Of a DNA stretch of 61,657 nt, positions 29,616 to 39,438 are shown piece after piece. This stretch comes from Candidatus Sericytochromatia bacterium (GTDB taxonomy: Bacteria > Cyanobacteriota > Sericytochromatia > S15B-MN24 > VGJW01): NCBI GenBank assembly GCA_035285865.1, contig JAYKHS010000002.1:1-61657 (forward strand). The letters are read 5' to 3'. The notes beneath the pieces are model-generated. The model saw nothing but the letters and a program-made list of their open reading frames with translations, was not told the DNA's origin and made no database searches. Position 1 is the first letter of the stretch. Each line of letters starts with the position of its first letter. The position numbers and the translations under genes are program-made.

Positions 29616-30896
29616 TTACCCCGGACGGGAGGGAGAGCGATACCTGCCGCCCCCGACATCGCCGAACTCGGAACTCGTCGGCAACGACCGGACCGCCTGA
29701 TCCGCCGGAACACTGGCAAACATCAGGTCGCGCACCAACTGCGCGACGGGCACGATCTTGACCTTGCCATCCGGGGAGTTCGGGTCCCTGAGGACCGCAT
29801 TGGGGCCGCTGATGGATTCGAGGAGCAGGGCGTGCCCGGTATCCTGCCCGGGCACCGAAACCCCGATGGGGACCGGCCCGGACTCGAGGGCCTTCTTGAG
29901 GAGCCGCAAGGTCTCGTCGGGACTCCGGTCCTGCTTCGGCGTCGACGGGTCATTGATGACCGCGACCTTCGACTGGCCATTCAGCATCGAGTTGGCCAGT
30001 GCGATGAACTGCAGGCCGGTGAGGCCCCCCTCACCTTCCGCACCGTCTCCTGCACCCACTCTCCCGCGCCCCGGCCCCCCGCTCCTCACATTGCCGAACC
30101 TCGCCAAGTCCTCGGCCGAGGCCACGCTGTCGACCGGCAGTTGCTGGGCCAGCATCATGAATGACTCCTGAAGCAGGTCCTCGACGTGGCTGCGTCGGTC
30201 CTCACCGTCGGCAAGCCCCCCGATCTCGGCGGACATCAAGTCACCACCTGCCGTGATGACACTGCCTTCGTTGAGCAGTTGGCAGACGATCCGGGCGTAC
30301 TCTGCAGGCTTCGACTCGGCGAGCATGCTCTGCACGGTGGTGGCCCCGCACGTCAGCGTGTTGTCCCCCTGGTAGATGCTGCGCGGGTCCGTCAGGTGCT
30401 CGAGTACAGCCTGAAGGACCAGCGCTTTGGGGGTCATGCCTGTCTCGTCCGCCAGCGCGCGCCAATCTCCGATGTTGCCCTGAAGGGTGCGTGCGGAACC
30501 GCCCAACACCTTCTTCATCTCATCGAGAATCGTCGTTCCCACCGAGGACTTGTCATCAAGCTTCCCATCAAGAAGGAGCTGCTCCAACATCGCGCGAAGC
30601 GCTCCTGCATTGCGTGCCGCATCCGGGTGGTCGATCTTTGAAAGGTCCGTGATGTAGCGATCGATGGTCCGGTACTTGTCTCGTTGCTCCTCGCTCAGGG
30701 AATCCAGCGCCTTGTCCTTGTCCGCATGCTTACGGGGGGCCGTGCGCTCCAGACGATCCGCAGGGGCCTGCCTCGGTGCTCCACCGACGTTGGCAGGCAC
30801 GGCAGCATCCCCTGTCGGCTCAGGCGCCTTGGGCACTCCCGGACGATACTTGCCATCGATGAGGGGGCCGGTTCCCCTGAGACCGCCGAGGAACAT
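29616..30896 (-). CDS. Hypothetical protein, probable papain/C39-like cysteine peptidase
   Basis: IYQGDNTLTCGATT (Q..C), GHALL (H), LRDPN (D) in papain-fold order; disordered N-terminus; AGGAGG RBS. Confidence 0.6.
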   Translation of the reverse strand: MFLGGLRGTGPLIDGKYRPGVPKAPEPTGDAAVPANVGGAPRQAPADRLERTAPRKHADKDKALDSLSEEQRDKYRTIDRYITDLSKIDHPDAARNAGALRAMLEQLLLDGKLDDKSSVGTTILDEMKKVLGGSARTLQGNIGDWRALADETGMTPKALVLQAVLEHLTDPRSIYQGDNTLTCGATTVQSMLAESKPAEYARIVCQLLNEGSVITAGGDLMSAEIGGLADGEDRRSHVEDLLQESFMMLAQQLPVDSVASAEDLARFGNVRSGGPGRGRVGAGDGAEGEGGLTGLQFIALANSMLNGQSKVAVINDPSTPKQDRSPDETLRLLKKALESGPVPIGVSVPGQDTGHALLLESISGPNAVLRDPNSPDGKVKIVPVAQLVRDLMFASVPADQAVRSLPTSSEFGDVGGGRYRSPSRPG

Positions 30897-31047
30897 GAGA
30901 ACCTCCTGAACGCATCAATCGGGGGACACCTGCAGGAGCCATACCCTGTCGTGATTCGAAATTGACATGGCGCGCCCCGAAGTGAAGCGCAGGGAGGTCA
31001 AGCCCGGCGCGAGCGTTAGACTTCATGGCCTGCCGGGTTGAACCCAA

Positions 31048-33048
31048 GTGTCCACCTTACTGGCCCCGAGGACAGCTCTGCTCACCACGACGAATCTCCA
31101 TCGTCGCTCGGCCGTCCTTATCGCGGCCTCCGTAGCCCTCGCTGGATGCAGCCCTGCGCCCCTCAACGGCCTGCTGTCCCCCCCGACCAACACTGCGCCG
31201 GCGGGTTCCGTCGCGGCTGCCCAGCAAGGCGCCGCCGTGGCGCCGGCCAAGGGGGGACTCTTGTCGGTGGCACTGTCCGGTCAGGCACTACCGGCAGGTG
31301 CTCGGGACGTCGTCATCGTGTTGCGCACCGCAAACGGCGAGCAAACGCGAACAGTAGCCGTCTCCGCGATGGGGGGAGATGCCCCGTCTCAGGTCTTCGA
31401 GGGCTTGCCTGAGGGCCCGATCAAGGTCCGGGCCGAGATTCGCGATGCCGCTGGCAAGGTTCTGGCCTCAGCCGAGACTGAAGGCACGATCCTGGCAGGC
31501 GAGCGTCTGCCGCTGATGTTGCGGTTCCCGCTCGGCCCCGGTGCGCTCGATCTGCGCATGGCGCCGATGGACAGGCCGGATGTCCGGGCTGTCCAGAAAC
31601 TGCTGGATGACTTCGAGGGTTACATCTACGACCACATGAGCGTGGTCGACATGGCACGCAATCCGGACCTGTTGCGGTGCATGACGGCCTTCAATGCGTT
31701 GACGCCGGTCGTCACCGAGATGATGCAGTCGGGTATCCAGACAGAGTTTGGCAAGAATCTCGCCGGGCTGGTCAATCGCGTCACGATCACGGGCATTGCA
31801 GGCGGCCGGCAACAAGTCGTGTCGATCGAACTCGAACAGGAATCGCTCGGTCCGACGACCAAGGCCTTCATCATCCGCGTGCCTCAGGGTCCGAAAGGCG
31901 CAATGGCGGTTGCGCGGCTCGAGTTGCGCGCAGCCCAGTGGGAAGCGGCGCAGTCCACGGACCTGGGCAACGGTTTCAGGCTGATTGCCTTGGCCATGCC
32001 TGTCTGGTCGAGCGTGGAGGGCGTCAAGGCGAGGCTGGAGCTCACCCCTGACAACCTTTCTGCCAACCGGGTGGTCCTCGAAGCAGAGGTTGACAATCCT
32101 GCGGCAACGCCGGAACTTGCTTTCCTCGATGACATCTTCGCTGCTGGCTATGAAACCATCCAGCGTTGTTACTGGTACTACAGCCGCACTGCAGACAAAC
32201 CTGAGTATGTGCGCGAATGCTACGACAGCCCGGATTACTATCGCCCTCGCTATGTTCGCTTCGGGGGGGACGGTGCCATGCCGTTCCCCATCCCGCGCAA
32301 CCTGCACCTCTCCGCGGCCTTCCCCGGCGGCGCGGCCGGTCACTTCACAGCAACACTCGAGCCAGCCGAGCGGCGAATGTCCTGGACTGGAAGTCTTGCC
32401 GGCATGAGCTATGACGGCAGCATGACCTTCCGTGCCGGCACCAGTTCCGGTCGGCTCACGACGACTGGCGCCCGCATCGCGGCGAGGATGGTCGATCCGA
32501 AGTACGGGATCGAGTTCCCGATCTCGGGAGACGTGGCCTTCCATCCGCCTGACGCCCCCAATGCCAGCGAACTGGACATCGGGGCCTTTTTGATGGCCAA
32601 GGCGCCCGGTTATGCCTTCCCCTTCGGTCGACTTAACGTCATGGGCGTCGGCATCGACCGCCCCGGCATCATTTACTTGAGCCAACCCCGGATTCGCCAC
32701 GAGGCACTCGGGGACATCGCAGAGATGTATTACAGTTCGACCGGCATGCTGCTGAAGCTCACCGGGCACGAGGTGCGGGCCGTCAGCTACCTGACGCCGA
32801 TCGAGCGCGTGCTCCGCAGCAACTCGGATGCCCTGGGCTGGATCAATCCGCTGGATGGCATCAAGTATCCGCCCTTCGTATCAGAACCTGTCCAACCCAT
32901 CTATATTCCGAGGCCTGACCCGACTCCGAGCTATCCGCCGGATTGGACGCCTGATCCCAACTACAGCCCACCCCCGACCCCCAGCCCGATGCCCTATGCG
33001 ACACCAACCTACGACTCGGGTGATCCGACCGGATGGAACAACAACTAG
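31048..33048 (+). CDS. Large hypothetical lipoprotein with a Pro-rich C-terminal tail
   Basis: Lipobox VALAG-C after a basic/hydrophobic leader; beta-rich body; start uncertain. Confidence 0.7.
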   Translation: MSTLLAPRTALLTTTNLHRRSAVLIAASVALAGCSPAPLNGLLSPPTNTAPAGSVAAAQQGAAVAPAKGGLLSVALSGQALPAGARDVVIVLRTANGEQTRTVAVSAMGGDAPSQVFEGLPEGPIKVRAEIRDAAGKVLASAETEGTILAGERLPLMLRFPLGPGALDLRMAPMDRPDVRAVQKLLDDFEGYIYDHMSVVDMARNPDLLRCMTAFNALTPVVTEMMQSGIQTEFGKNLAGLVNRVTITGIAGGRQQVVSIELEQESLGPTTKAFIIRVPQGPKGAMAVARLELRAAQWEAAQSTDLGNGFRLIALAMPVWSSVEGVKARLELTPDNLSANRVVLEAEVDNPAATPELAFLDDIFAAGYETIQRCYWYYSRTADKPEYVRECYDSPDYYRPRYVRFGGDGAMPFPIPRNLHLSAAFPGGAAGHFTATLEPAERRMSWTGSLAGMSYDGSMTFRAGTSSGRLTTTGARIAARMVDPKYGIEFPISGDVAFHPPDAPNASELDIGAFLMAKAPGYAFPFGRLNVMGVGIDRPGIIYLSQPRIRHEALGDIAEMYYSSTGMLLKLTGHEVRAVSYLTPIERVLRSNSDALGWINPLDGIKYPPFVSEPVQPIYIPRPDPTPSYPPDWTPDPNYSPPPTPSPMPYATPTYDSGDPTGWNNN

Positions 33049-33080
33049 GGCCTACCGTACCAACCTCGCACGCACAACCG

Positions 33081-33701
33081 GTGTTGCAGACGTCAGCCCG
33101 CCTCCTGATGACCTTCGCTCTCATGGGTGCGGGCTGCGCCATGAGCCCTTCCGTGCCCGAGCAGGATCAGAATCTTCCCGCTGACGGTGCCAGAGAGACA
33201 CAACCCTTCAGCGAACCCCCTGATGCACCGATGCCTTTGCCTGCGGGACAGCGGGATACCTTCGTGGTCGAGGGAGGTCCGCTCGGCCTGGCGCAGGGAG
33301 GCCTGGAACTGGAGGTTCTCGAACGCCAGGCGCGTGACGGTGGTCTCGACGTGCGCGCTGCCTTCGTGCGAACGGGCCTGCTCGGAGCGGAGCGGAAGGA
33401 ATGGATCGTCAGGATGGATGCCTCAGGCATGCGCGTCGATGGCAAGCCCTTCCTGCCTTGGCGGGCACGTCCCGGCGATCGCTGGGAAGCCCAGGCCGGC
33501 TCTGCAATCCTCGAAGACTTCGAGGACCTTCAAGTGCCCAGCGGGCACGCCTCGAAAGTGTGGCGCGTCCGCTTCACGGAGCCTGGGCAGCCTGACACTC
33601 GCTGGTGGTTCGCCCCGGGCCGCGGGCTCGTGCAGGCCGAGTTCTCCGCGCTGGGCAGCACGGTCGTGGCCCTTCACAGCCGACGGGTGCAAGGGTCCTA
33701 A
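33081..33701 (+). CDS. Hypothetical lipoprotein
   Basis: Lipobox-like MGAG-C; C-terminal E.L.VP.G...WFAPG.GLV pattern of small beta-rich lipoproteins; start uncertain (33033-33108). Confidence 0.65.
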   Translation: MLQTSARLLMTFALMGAGCAMSPSVPEQDQNLPADGARETQPFSEPPDAPMPLPAGQRDTFVVEGGPLGLAQGGLELEVLERQARDGGLDVRAAFVRTGLLGAERKEWIVRMDASGMRVDGKPFLPWRARPGDRWEAQAGSAILEDFEDLQVPSGHASKVWRVRFTEPGQPDTRWWFAPGRGLVQAEFSALGSTVVALHSRRVQGS

Positions 33702-35032
33702 TCGCGGGGAGCGATGCTGACCATGGCCCGGGTACCCTTCTGGGCGATGGCCGTTTCGAGGTGCTTGCGGCTGATCACGATAGGGCCTTCCTTGCTCATC
33801 GGGTCATTCAGAAAGACCTTGTCACCCTCGATGGCCGTGACGACGGCATAATGGCCGCTGCCTCGAGGATTGCCGGTGATGTAGCTGGGGATGACGTTCA
33901 GGATGACGAGTCGGCCTTTGTCGAGTTCCTCGGCGATGGTCTTCGCGCTGGCATCGTGACGCGTCCGGGCATCCAAGCCGTAACGTTCCGCTCCGCGGTG
34001 GATATTGGGATAGGAGGAACCCTCCCGGTCGTTGACCACGACTCCCATTACCTTGCGCGTCCGCTCGATGGCCGCATCAGCCTCACGAGGGGACGGATCA
34101 ATGACGCCGAAAGCCTTGGCCACCATCGTGAGTGAGGTCGGCCCACAGTTTGAGTTGTCCCAGCCGGGAGTGTCCTCATGCGAGTTGCCCAAGCCCCGAT
34201 ATTGGGTGATGAACCAGTCCCGACGCCGCTCATGGGGGTCGCCGCCGGGAACTGGCCGCAAGGCATCGTCCTCGGAATCCTCATCCGCAGACCGATCGAC
34301 CTCCGGCGTCCCGACGGCCAACCTGGGCAGTGGCACCTTGGCAAGAATCTCGTCCCGATCAATTCGTCGACCTTCGGGTGTCAGGCGCAGACGCTCCCGA
34401 AGGCCCTCATCCAACACGCCGCCGTCAAGGATGCGCTGCGTATAGGCGGACGCACGATCGGCCTGAAATCCAGCCGAGAACTCGGCTCGCGAAAGCGTGC
34501 CGTTGCCGTCCGAGTCGTAGACGGAATAAGGCGTCCCTGCAACGGCAAGGCCATTCGGCCCTCCCCCGGCACGAGTCCAAGCCAGGTCTTCATGGACAGC
34601 ACGCCGCTGCCGCACCACGTCACGACGCATGGCAAGGTATTCGGACTCGTCGGCCAGCGGTTTGCCCTTGCGAGACCGGGCAGCATCCGGAAACAGCTGC
34701 CGGAACTCGTACTTCCAGCGGCTCTCGTGGGCCACGACCATGTCGCGACGGCGCTCGACCGCAAACTCTTCACGCGTGATGCGGCCATCCTTGTTCGTAT
34801 CGTAGACGGCAGCTCGGCGTGGCAGGATTCCCTCCACCAGCTCTGCACCCTCGACTGCCCCGGAACCATCACGGTCCAGCGCACGAAAGGCCTTTCCCTG
34901 TGTCAGGCGATCGGCTGCCATGCGGGGTAGCGTCGGCTCTGCCTCGGCCCCGGGGGACGCACCATCCGGGCGGTTCCGCCCCTTGCCCGGCTGCGCCAGA
35001 GGCTTCGTCTCGCCATTAACGGACCGCGTCAC
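33698..35032 (-). CDS. EF-hand-containing C39-like cysteine peptidase
   Basis: Three EF loops (DRDGSGAVEGAE, DTNKDGRITREE, DSDGNGTLSRAE); NCGPTSLTM, GHYAVV, LNDP triad; GTG 35032 with GAGG RBS just after the upstream stop. Confidence 0.82.
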   Translation of the reverse strand: MTRSVNGETKPLAQPGKGRNRPDGASPGAEAEPTLPRMAADRLTQGKAFRALDRDGSGAVEGAELVEGILPRRAAVYDTNKDGRITREEFAVERRRDMVVAHESRWKYEFRQLFPDAARSRKGKPLADESEYLAMRRDVVRQRRAVHEDLAWTRAGGGPNGLAVAGTPYSVYDSDGNGTLSRAEFSAGFQADRASAYTQRILDGGVLDEGLRERLRLTPEGRRIDRDEILAKVPLPRLAVGTPEVDRSADEDSEDDALRPVPGGDPHERRRDWFITQYRGLGNSHEDTPGWDNSNCGPTSLTMVAKAFGVIDPSPREADAAIERTRKVMGVVVNDREGSSYPNIHRGAERYGLDARTRHDASAKTIAEELDKGRLVILNVIPSYITGNPRGSGHYAVVTAIEGDKVFLNDPMSKEGPIVISRKHLETAIAQKGTRAMVSIAPRD

Positions 35033-35037
35033 GAACG

Positions 35038-37878
35038 CTACCTCTGAACCTGCTTTTGCCAGGCGTTGCCGAAGTCCAGCCAAAGCCCTTCCTCGGTGAT
35101 GCGCGCCCCCTGGAGAGGAGGCAGATCAGCCCCGGAAACCTTAGCAAGGTCCACGGACTGACGCGGATCATCGGGAATCAGGGACGTCAGGGGCTTGAGC
35201 ATCATCCCCACGAACATCTGCGGAATCTCCAGAAAGGACGACCGACCAAGAATCGAGGTCGGCACCAGCTTCAAGCTGCCATCCTTCGCTGCCTCGACGG
35301 CCAGAGACACGGGCAGCCCGATCGGACCGTCCTGAATGACGAGGCGATCGCCATCGAGACGCGGAGCAAGCTTGGCGTAATCCTTACCCATCGTCTCGCG
35401 AAGCAACGCGTCCAGCTTTGCGGGCGATACCAGAACCTGGCCGTGCCGCAGTTTGATGTCCTTGGGACCTAGCTTGTCGATCTGCAAGGGGCCACTGGCC
35501 GGGGGACGGACCAGCACCTCGGCACCTTCGAGGACAAAGCCGTGTACCTGAACCCGACCATCGGTCCGGACGCGAACCGGACTGCCTTGCATGCCCCGCG
35601 GAGCCTCGGCTTCGGCGCCAAGCCCGAGGCGCAGGGCTCCATCCTCGACTCGGGCCTCCCGAACCTTGGCACCGGGTGCCCACGCCTCGAGATCGATTTC
35701 GACACCATCCTCAGCCCAACGCACGCCCTCACCCACGCGCGGCAACGCCTGGGTCAGCGCTTCGCGGGTCATGCCCACCACCACGTCCACGCCGTCGCCA
35801 CGCACGCGAACGTCGGTCGTGCGGATGGGCAAGCCCGCGGGCCTGGGAATCTCGACCTCGAGCAGGTCCCCCCTCAGGGCCATGCCCTGAGGCAAATCGG
35901 CCATCGAACCCTGCACGAGAGGCCGAGCATCCACCGTCAGTGTCGCGCCCTCGGGTCCGACCTTGATGTCCTGCAGCCGCGTCGCCTGCGCCTCGCCGAC
36001 ACCCAACCCCATCGGCAGGACCAGACGCGTACGCGACACGTCCACGCCCGGCATCTTCGGCAGCATCGGCAACAGGCCCCGCTCGGAAACCGCGGCCTCC
36101 AGCACGAGTGCCCCCGTGGCGAGGGAGAGAGACGTGACCGGCCCCGGCAGGCCCAACGTGGCCTGCGCTCCCAAGGTCAGCGTCGGGCCATCGAGCTTGA
36201 CGGTGGGCCCGATGCCCAGGGCACGCGAGTCAGCACGCAGCTTCAGCGATAGGCCCTCCGAACCCGCGGACAGAGGGCCCGGAGTCAAACCCGGAGGCAA
36301 CGGCAAGTCCCCCAGCTTCAGCCGATTGCCGGCGAAAAGACCTTTGCCCGCGAGACGCTCGAGCGACAGCCCGGTACCTTCAAGGATGCCCATCAGCCCG
36401 GCCCCGGCAACCTTGCAGGACAAGACGTCGGCCCCGAGTCCACCCGCAGTCTCGAGGTGCGGCCGAATCTCGAGCTTGACCGGAAGGACCGGCACGCCAA
36501 GCAGGGCAAGCCGGCCTTCGATCTGCACGCGTCCATCCACGCCGGGCTTCAAGGACACCCCGCGTAACGGCAACTGACGCTCGATGCCCCGCGCCAGCTC
36601 GGCCCAATCGAGACGGGCCTCCAATGCCTCGCCTTTGCCCGAGAGGACGGCGCGTCCCCAGCCGCCAGGCAAATGCAGCGCTTCGAGATGCACGGCGAGG
36701 TCGCCGCCCCGGTTGTCGATCCGGCCATCGATCTCAAGCTCCTGGCCAGCATCGCCGATGCGGGCCCGGAAGGTCCGGTCGGAAGTGGGCTTGAGCGCGC
36801 CGACGCGAACACCCGGTCCCATGACCTCTCCGAGCAGGGCAAGCAACCCCCTCTCGGGAAGACGCACATCCACCTTGTCGCGCAGACCGTCCATGCCCAG
36901 CTCGATGAAGGGGCCCTTGGCCTCGAAGCGCTTGAGATGCGCCTGCATCCGGCCATCGGGCGTCGCCGAGAGTGCCATGTCAGTAACCACCTGGACAGGG
37001 GTCCTGCCGAGCGGGCCACGCCGGTCAGGCAGGTCGACAAAGGTGCCCGTGGTTGCCTCTCCCGTCACGCGAATGCCGCCCTGCCCATCGGGAGCCACGG
37101 CAGCATTCGGGACCATGCCGCCCAAGATGCCCCCGATGACGCGGCGCATCTCGGACCAATCCGCCTCGACCTGGGCCTTGCCACGTACCAGATCCACGTG
37201 CGCTTCGTGCCCAGCGGCCTCGACCCGCACGTCAAAAAGCCGCATGCCGAGATTGCCCGAGGGCAGGACCTCTGGTTTCACCCGCGCTGCGAGCGGCATG
37301 AGTTGGCCATCCTTGCGGACGGTGGCGCTGAACTGCAACGTGCCGTCCCCGAGGCCGTGGACCACGGGATTCAGGATGCGCGGCCGACCAGACGAGTCGC
37401 GCAGAGCGGAGAGTCTGCTGGCGACATCCTCCGGGCTTACGCGAACGGTGCCTTTGGCCGCCGGTACATCAAGTGCGACAGGAAGACCATCGATCCGCGC
37501 CTCGCCTCGAGTAGGCACCAGCAACAAGCGACCGCCCCGCGAAAGGATCAGACCCTCCATCGAAAAAGGCTCTCCCGTCGGCCCTCTGCCACGGACCAGA
37601 AAACGTTCCTTCCCGCTCAAGACCACTTCAAGTCCATCGAGCACGTCACCGGCCTTCGCGCCGAGGCTGGCACGCACGGCATCGACCAACTCGGAGGCTG
37701 CCACTGTGGCTTCGGCCGCGCGCACGCGCGGTACCACGGCCTGATCCAGCACGAGCTTGTCCTGACCCGGCTTGGCCACAAGGTCGACCTCGCCATGGAT
37801 GACCTTGGCCTGGACAGGGCCGAGGGCCACCTCCAGGTCGCGGACCTGGACGCGTGCCTTCGGTGGATCGCTTCTCAC
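35038..37878 (-). CDS. 946-aa hypothetical beta-rich protein with internal repeats (DUF2993/LmeA-like by eye)
   Basis: Long ORF with protein-like composition (V/L/G rich) and recurring helix plus beta-hairpin units; coupled to the downstream peptidase. Confidence 0.65.
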   Translation of the reverse strand: MRSDPPKARVQVRDLEVALGPVQAKVIHGEVDLVAKPGQDKLVLDQAVVPRVRAAEATVAASELVDAVRASLGAKAGDVLDGLEVVLSGKERFLVRGRGPTGEPFSMEGLILSRGGRLLLVPTRGEARIDGLPVALDVPAAKGTVRVSPEDVASRLSALRDSSGRPRILNPVVHGLGDGTLQFSATVRKDGQLMPLAARVKPEVLPSGNLGMRLFDVRVEAAGHEAHVDLVRGKAQVEADWSEMRRVIGGILGGMVPNAAVAPDGQGGIRVTGEATTGTFVDLPDRRGPLGRTPVQVVTDMALSATPDGRMQAHLKRFEAKGPFIELGMDGLRDKVDVRLPERGLLALLGEVMGPGVRVGALKPTSDRTFRARIGDAGQELEIDGRIDNRGGDLAVHLEALHLPGGWGRAVLSGKGEALEARLDWAELARGIERQLPLRGVSLKPGVDGRVQIEGRLALLGVPVLPVKLEIRPHLETAGGLGADVLSCKVAGAGLMGILEGTGLSLERLAGKGLFAGNRLKLGDLPLPPGLTPGPLSAGSEGLSLKLRADSRALGIGPTVKLDGPTLTLGAQATLGLPGPVTSLSLATGALVLEAAVSERGLLPMLPKMPGVDVSRTRLVLPMGLGVGEAQATRLQDIKVGPEGATLTVDARPLVQGSMADLPQGMALRGDLLEVEIPRPAGLPIRTTDVRVRGDGVDVVVGMTREALTQALPRVGEGVRWAEDGVEIDLEAWAPGAKVREARVEDGALRLGLGAEAEAPRGMQGSPVRVRTDGRVQVHGFVLEGAEVLVRPPASGPLQIDKLGPKDIKLRHGQVLVSPAKLDALLRETMGKDYAKLAPRLDGDRLVIQDGPIGLPVSLAVEAAKDGSLKLVPTSILGRSSFLEIPQMFVGMMLKPLTSLIPDDPRQSVDLAKVSGADLPPLQGARITEEGLWLDFGNAWQKQVQR

Positions 37879-37982
37879 GGGGTTGCCGAGTATCCTGTCG
37901 CTCGTTGAAGGGTCCGGCTTGCGTGGATCAGGGCAAGTCGCGGCAGGTCACCCACGACAACGTACCCGGGAGCCTACAGGTC

Positions 37983-39386
37983 ATGCGTCCGATTCGTCTC
38001 GTCCCCGGCGTCGTCACGCCCGCAGTGCGCCCGAACCCGGTTGCGAACGCCTTGGAGGGTGCACCCCGGAATACCGGCATCGGGACGACGCGCCCACCGG
38101 AGACACCACGGCCGCGGGTACCGCGGTCATGGCTCGACAAGCTCAGTGACTGGTGGAACAGCCTCGGGCGACAGGTCGAGAACTTCGGTCTGGCGGACCG
38201 GACGGCTCAGGCCCGGCCCGTTCACCCCCTGCCAGGCCAGTTGGATCGTACGGCATTGGTGAACAGCAATCACCCCGAGATCCTGCGGGATACGGGAATC
38301 GCCCTGTCGACCCTGCCCTGGGAGGGCCCCGTCCATCTTGCACAACCGCAAAGCGGGCCTTTCGGCATCTTCGCCCACCACAACAACCGCAGCGGCAGGA
38401 CGCTGAACCAGGGCATCCTGCTGCACAATCCTTCCGACCGTCCTGTCACCGTCACGATTTGGACCACGGCGGTACGCACGACTCAAGAGGCACCCTACCG
38501 GGACAGGCGTGCAGACATCGTCGCGGATCCGGATGGCTCCCAAGCCAGCGGCCCGGGGGATGCCTCCGCCGCACTGGCGCTTCGGCAATGGATCGAGGAC
38601 GCACCCAGGCAGGTCGTGGTGCCTCCAGGCGGCTGGTTGCCCCTGTCGCTGAAGGGCGTGCCTCAGGGTGCCGAGATCACGTCGCGGCTGGACCTCGAGA
38701 CGGACGGTCCCGTCCACACGGCCGTTGTGTTTGATGAAGCCGGTACCGACGTGGAGCAGATGGTCCAGCGCTTGCACAACGGACGCCGCCTGCCTCCCAA
38801 CCCGGGGGACAAGGTGCCTACGGAGCCCGGGGCTCCGGGACCGATCATCTTCGGCAGGGTCGCCGGAATTCAGGAGGGCCGATCGTGGCAAGGACAGCTC
38901 GAGCTTGAACCCGGCCAAGGCTACAGGCTGACGGGTGCCGCGACGGAGAAGGGCTTCGTGCTAGTCGGCAAGGCCAGCAACACGCTGGGCACGGGTCAGG
39001 ATCAGGCGGCCCCCCTGCCCCACCGATATGCGGATGCCGCCTGGAAGGCTCACGGCAACTACGGGGTCCTGCACGATCTCGAGGTGCCGCTGCAAAACGC
39101 GTCGTCCGGCCAGCAACGGGTATCGTTCCTGCTCGATACGCCCACGCCCGCACCGAGCCTTTCCAGGGCCTTCCGAGGAACACTGGCCTTCACATGGAAG
39201 GCAGCAGACGGCACCGAGCGTACCCATTATGCCAACGTGAATCAGCGGGCGGGAGAGGACGCCTCCAAGGCCCTCTTCACGCTCGACCTGCCAGCCGGCA
39301 CGGCGACGCCCGTGCGCGTGCGGTTCATCTATCCCGCGAACGCGACGCCGCCCCACGTCCTGCGCGTCCGCAGCGAACCCACCTGA
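37983..39386 (+). CDS. DUF3370-family protein
   Basis: V.PLPGQLD....NSN.PE....GI.LST, FAHH, FGRVAG.Q.G..W, AHGNYGV, FRG, YP..ATPP.VL as in cyanobacterial DUF3370 proteins. Confidence 0.85.
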   Translation: MRPIRLVPGVVTPAVRPNPVANALEGAPRNTGIGTTRPPETPRPRVPRSWLDKLSDWWNSLGRQVENFGLADRTAQARPVHPLPGQLDRTALVNSNHPEILRDTGIALSTLPWEGPVHLAQPQSGPFGIFAHHNNRSGRTLNQGILLHNPSDRPVTVTIWTTAVRTTQEAPYRDRRADIVADPDGSQASGPGDASAALALRQWIEDAPRQVVVPPGGWLPLSLKGVPQGAEITSRLDLETDGPVHTAVVFDEAGTDVEQMVQRLHNGRRLPPNPGDKVPTEPGAPGPIIFGRVAGIQEGRSWQGQLELEPGQGYRLTGAATEKGFVLVGKASNTLGTGQDQAAPLPHRYADAAWKAHGNYGVLHDLEVPLQNASSGQQRVSFLLDTPTPAPSLSRAFRGTLAFTWKAADGTERTHYANVNQRAGEDASKALFTLDLPAGTATPVRVRFIYPANATPPHVLRVRSEPT

Positions 39387-39389
39387 CAA

Positions 39390-39425
39390 GCTGGCCGGCC
39401 GCTTCGCGAGAAGCAGCCGGCCAGC
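39390..39425. terminator. GC-rich hairpin between convergent genes, probable bidirectional terminator
   Basis: GCTGGCCGGC-C-GCTTC-GCGA-GAAGC-A-GCCGGCCAGC stem with a GNRA loop; no U-tract. Confidence 0.6.
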
Positions 39426-39438
39426 CAGTCTGACGCCA

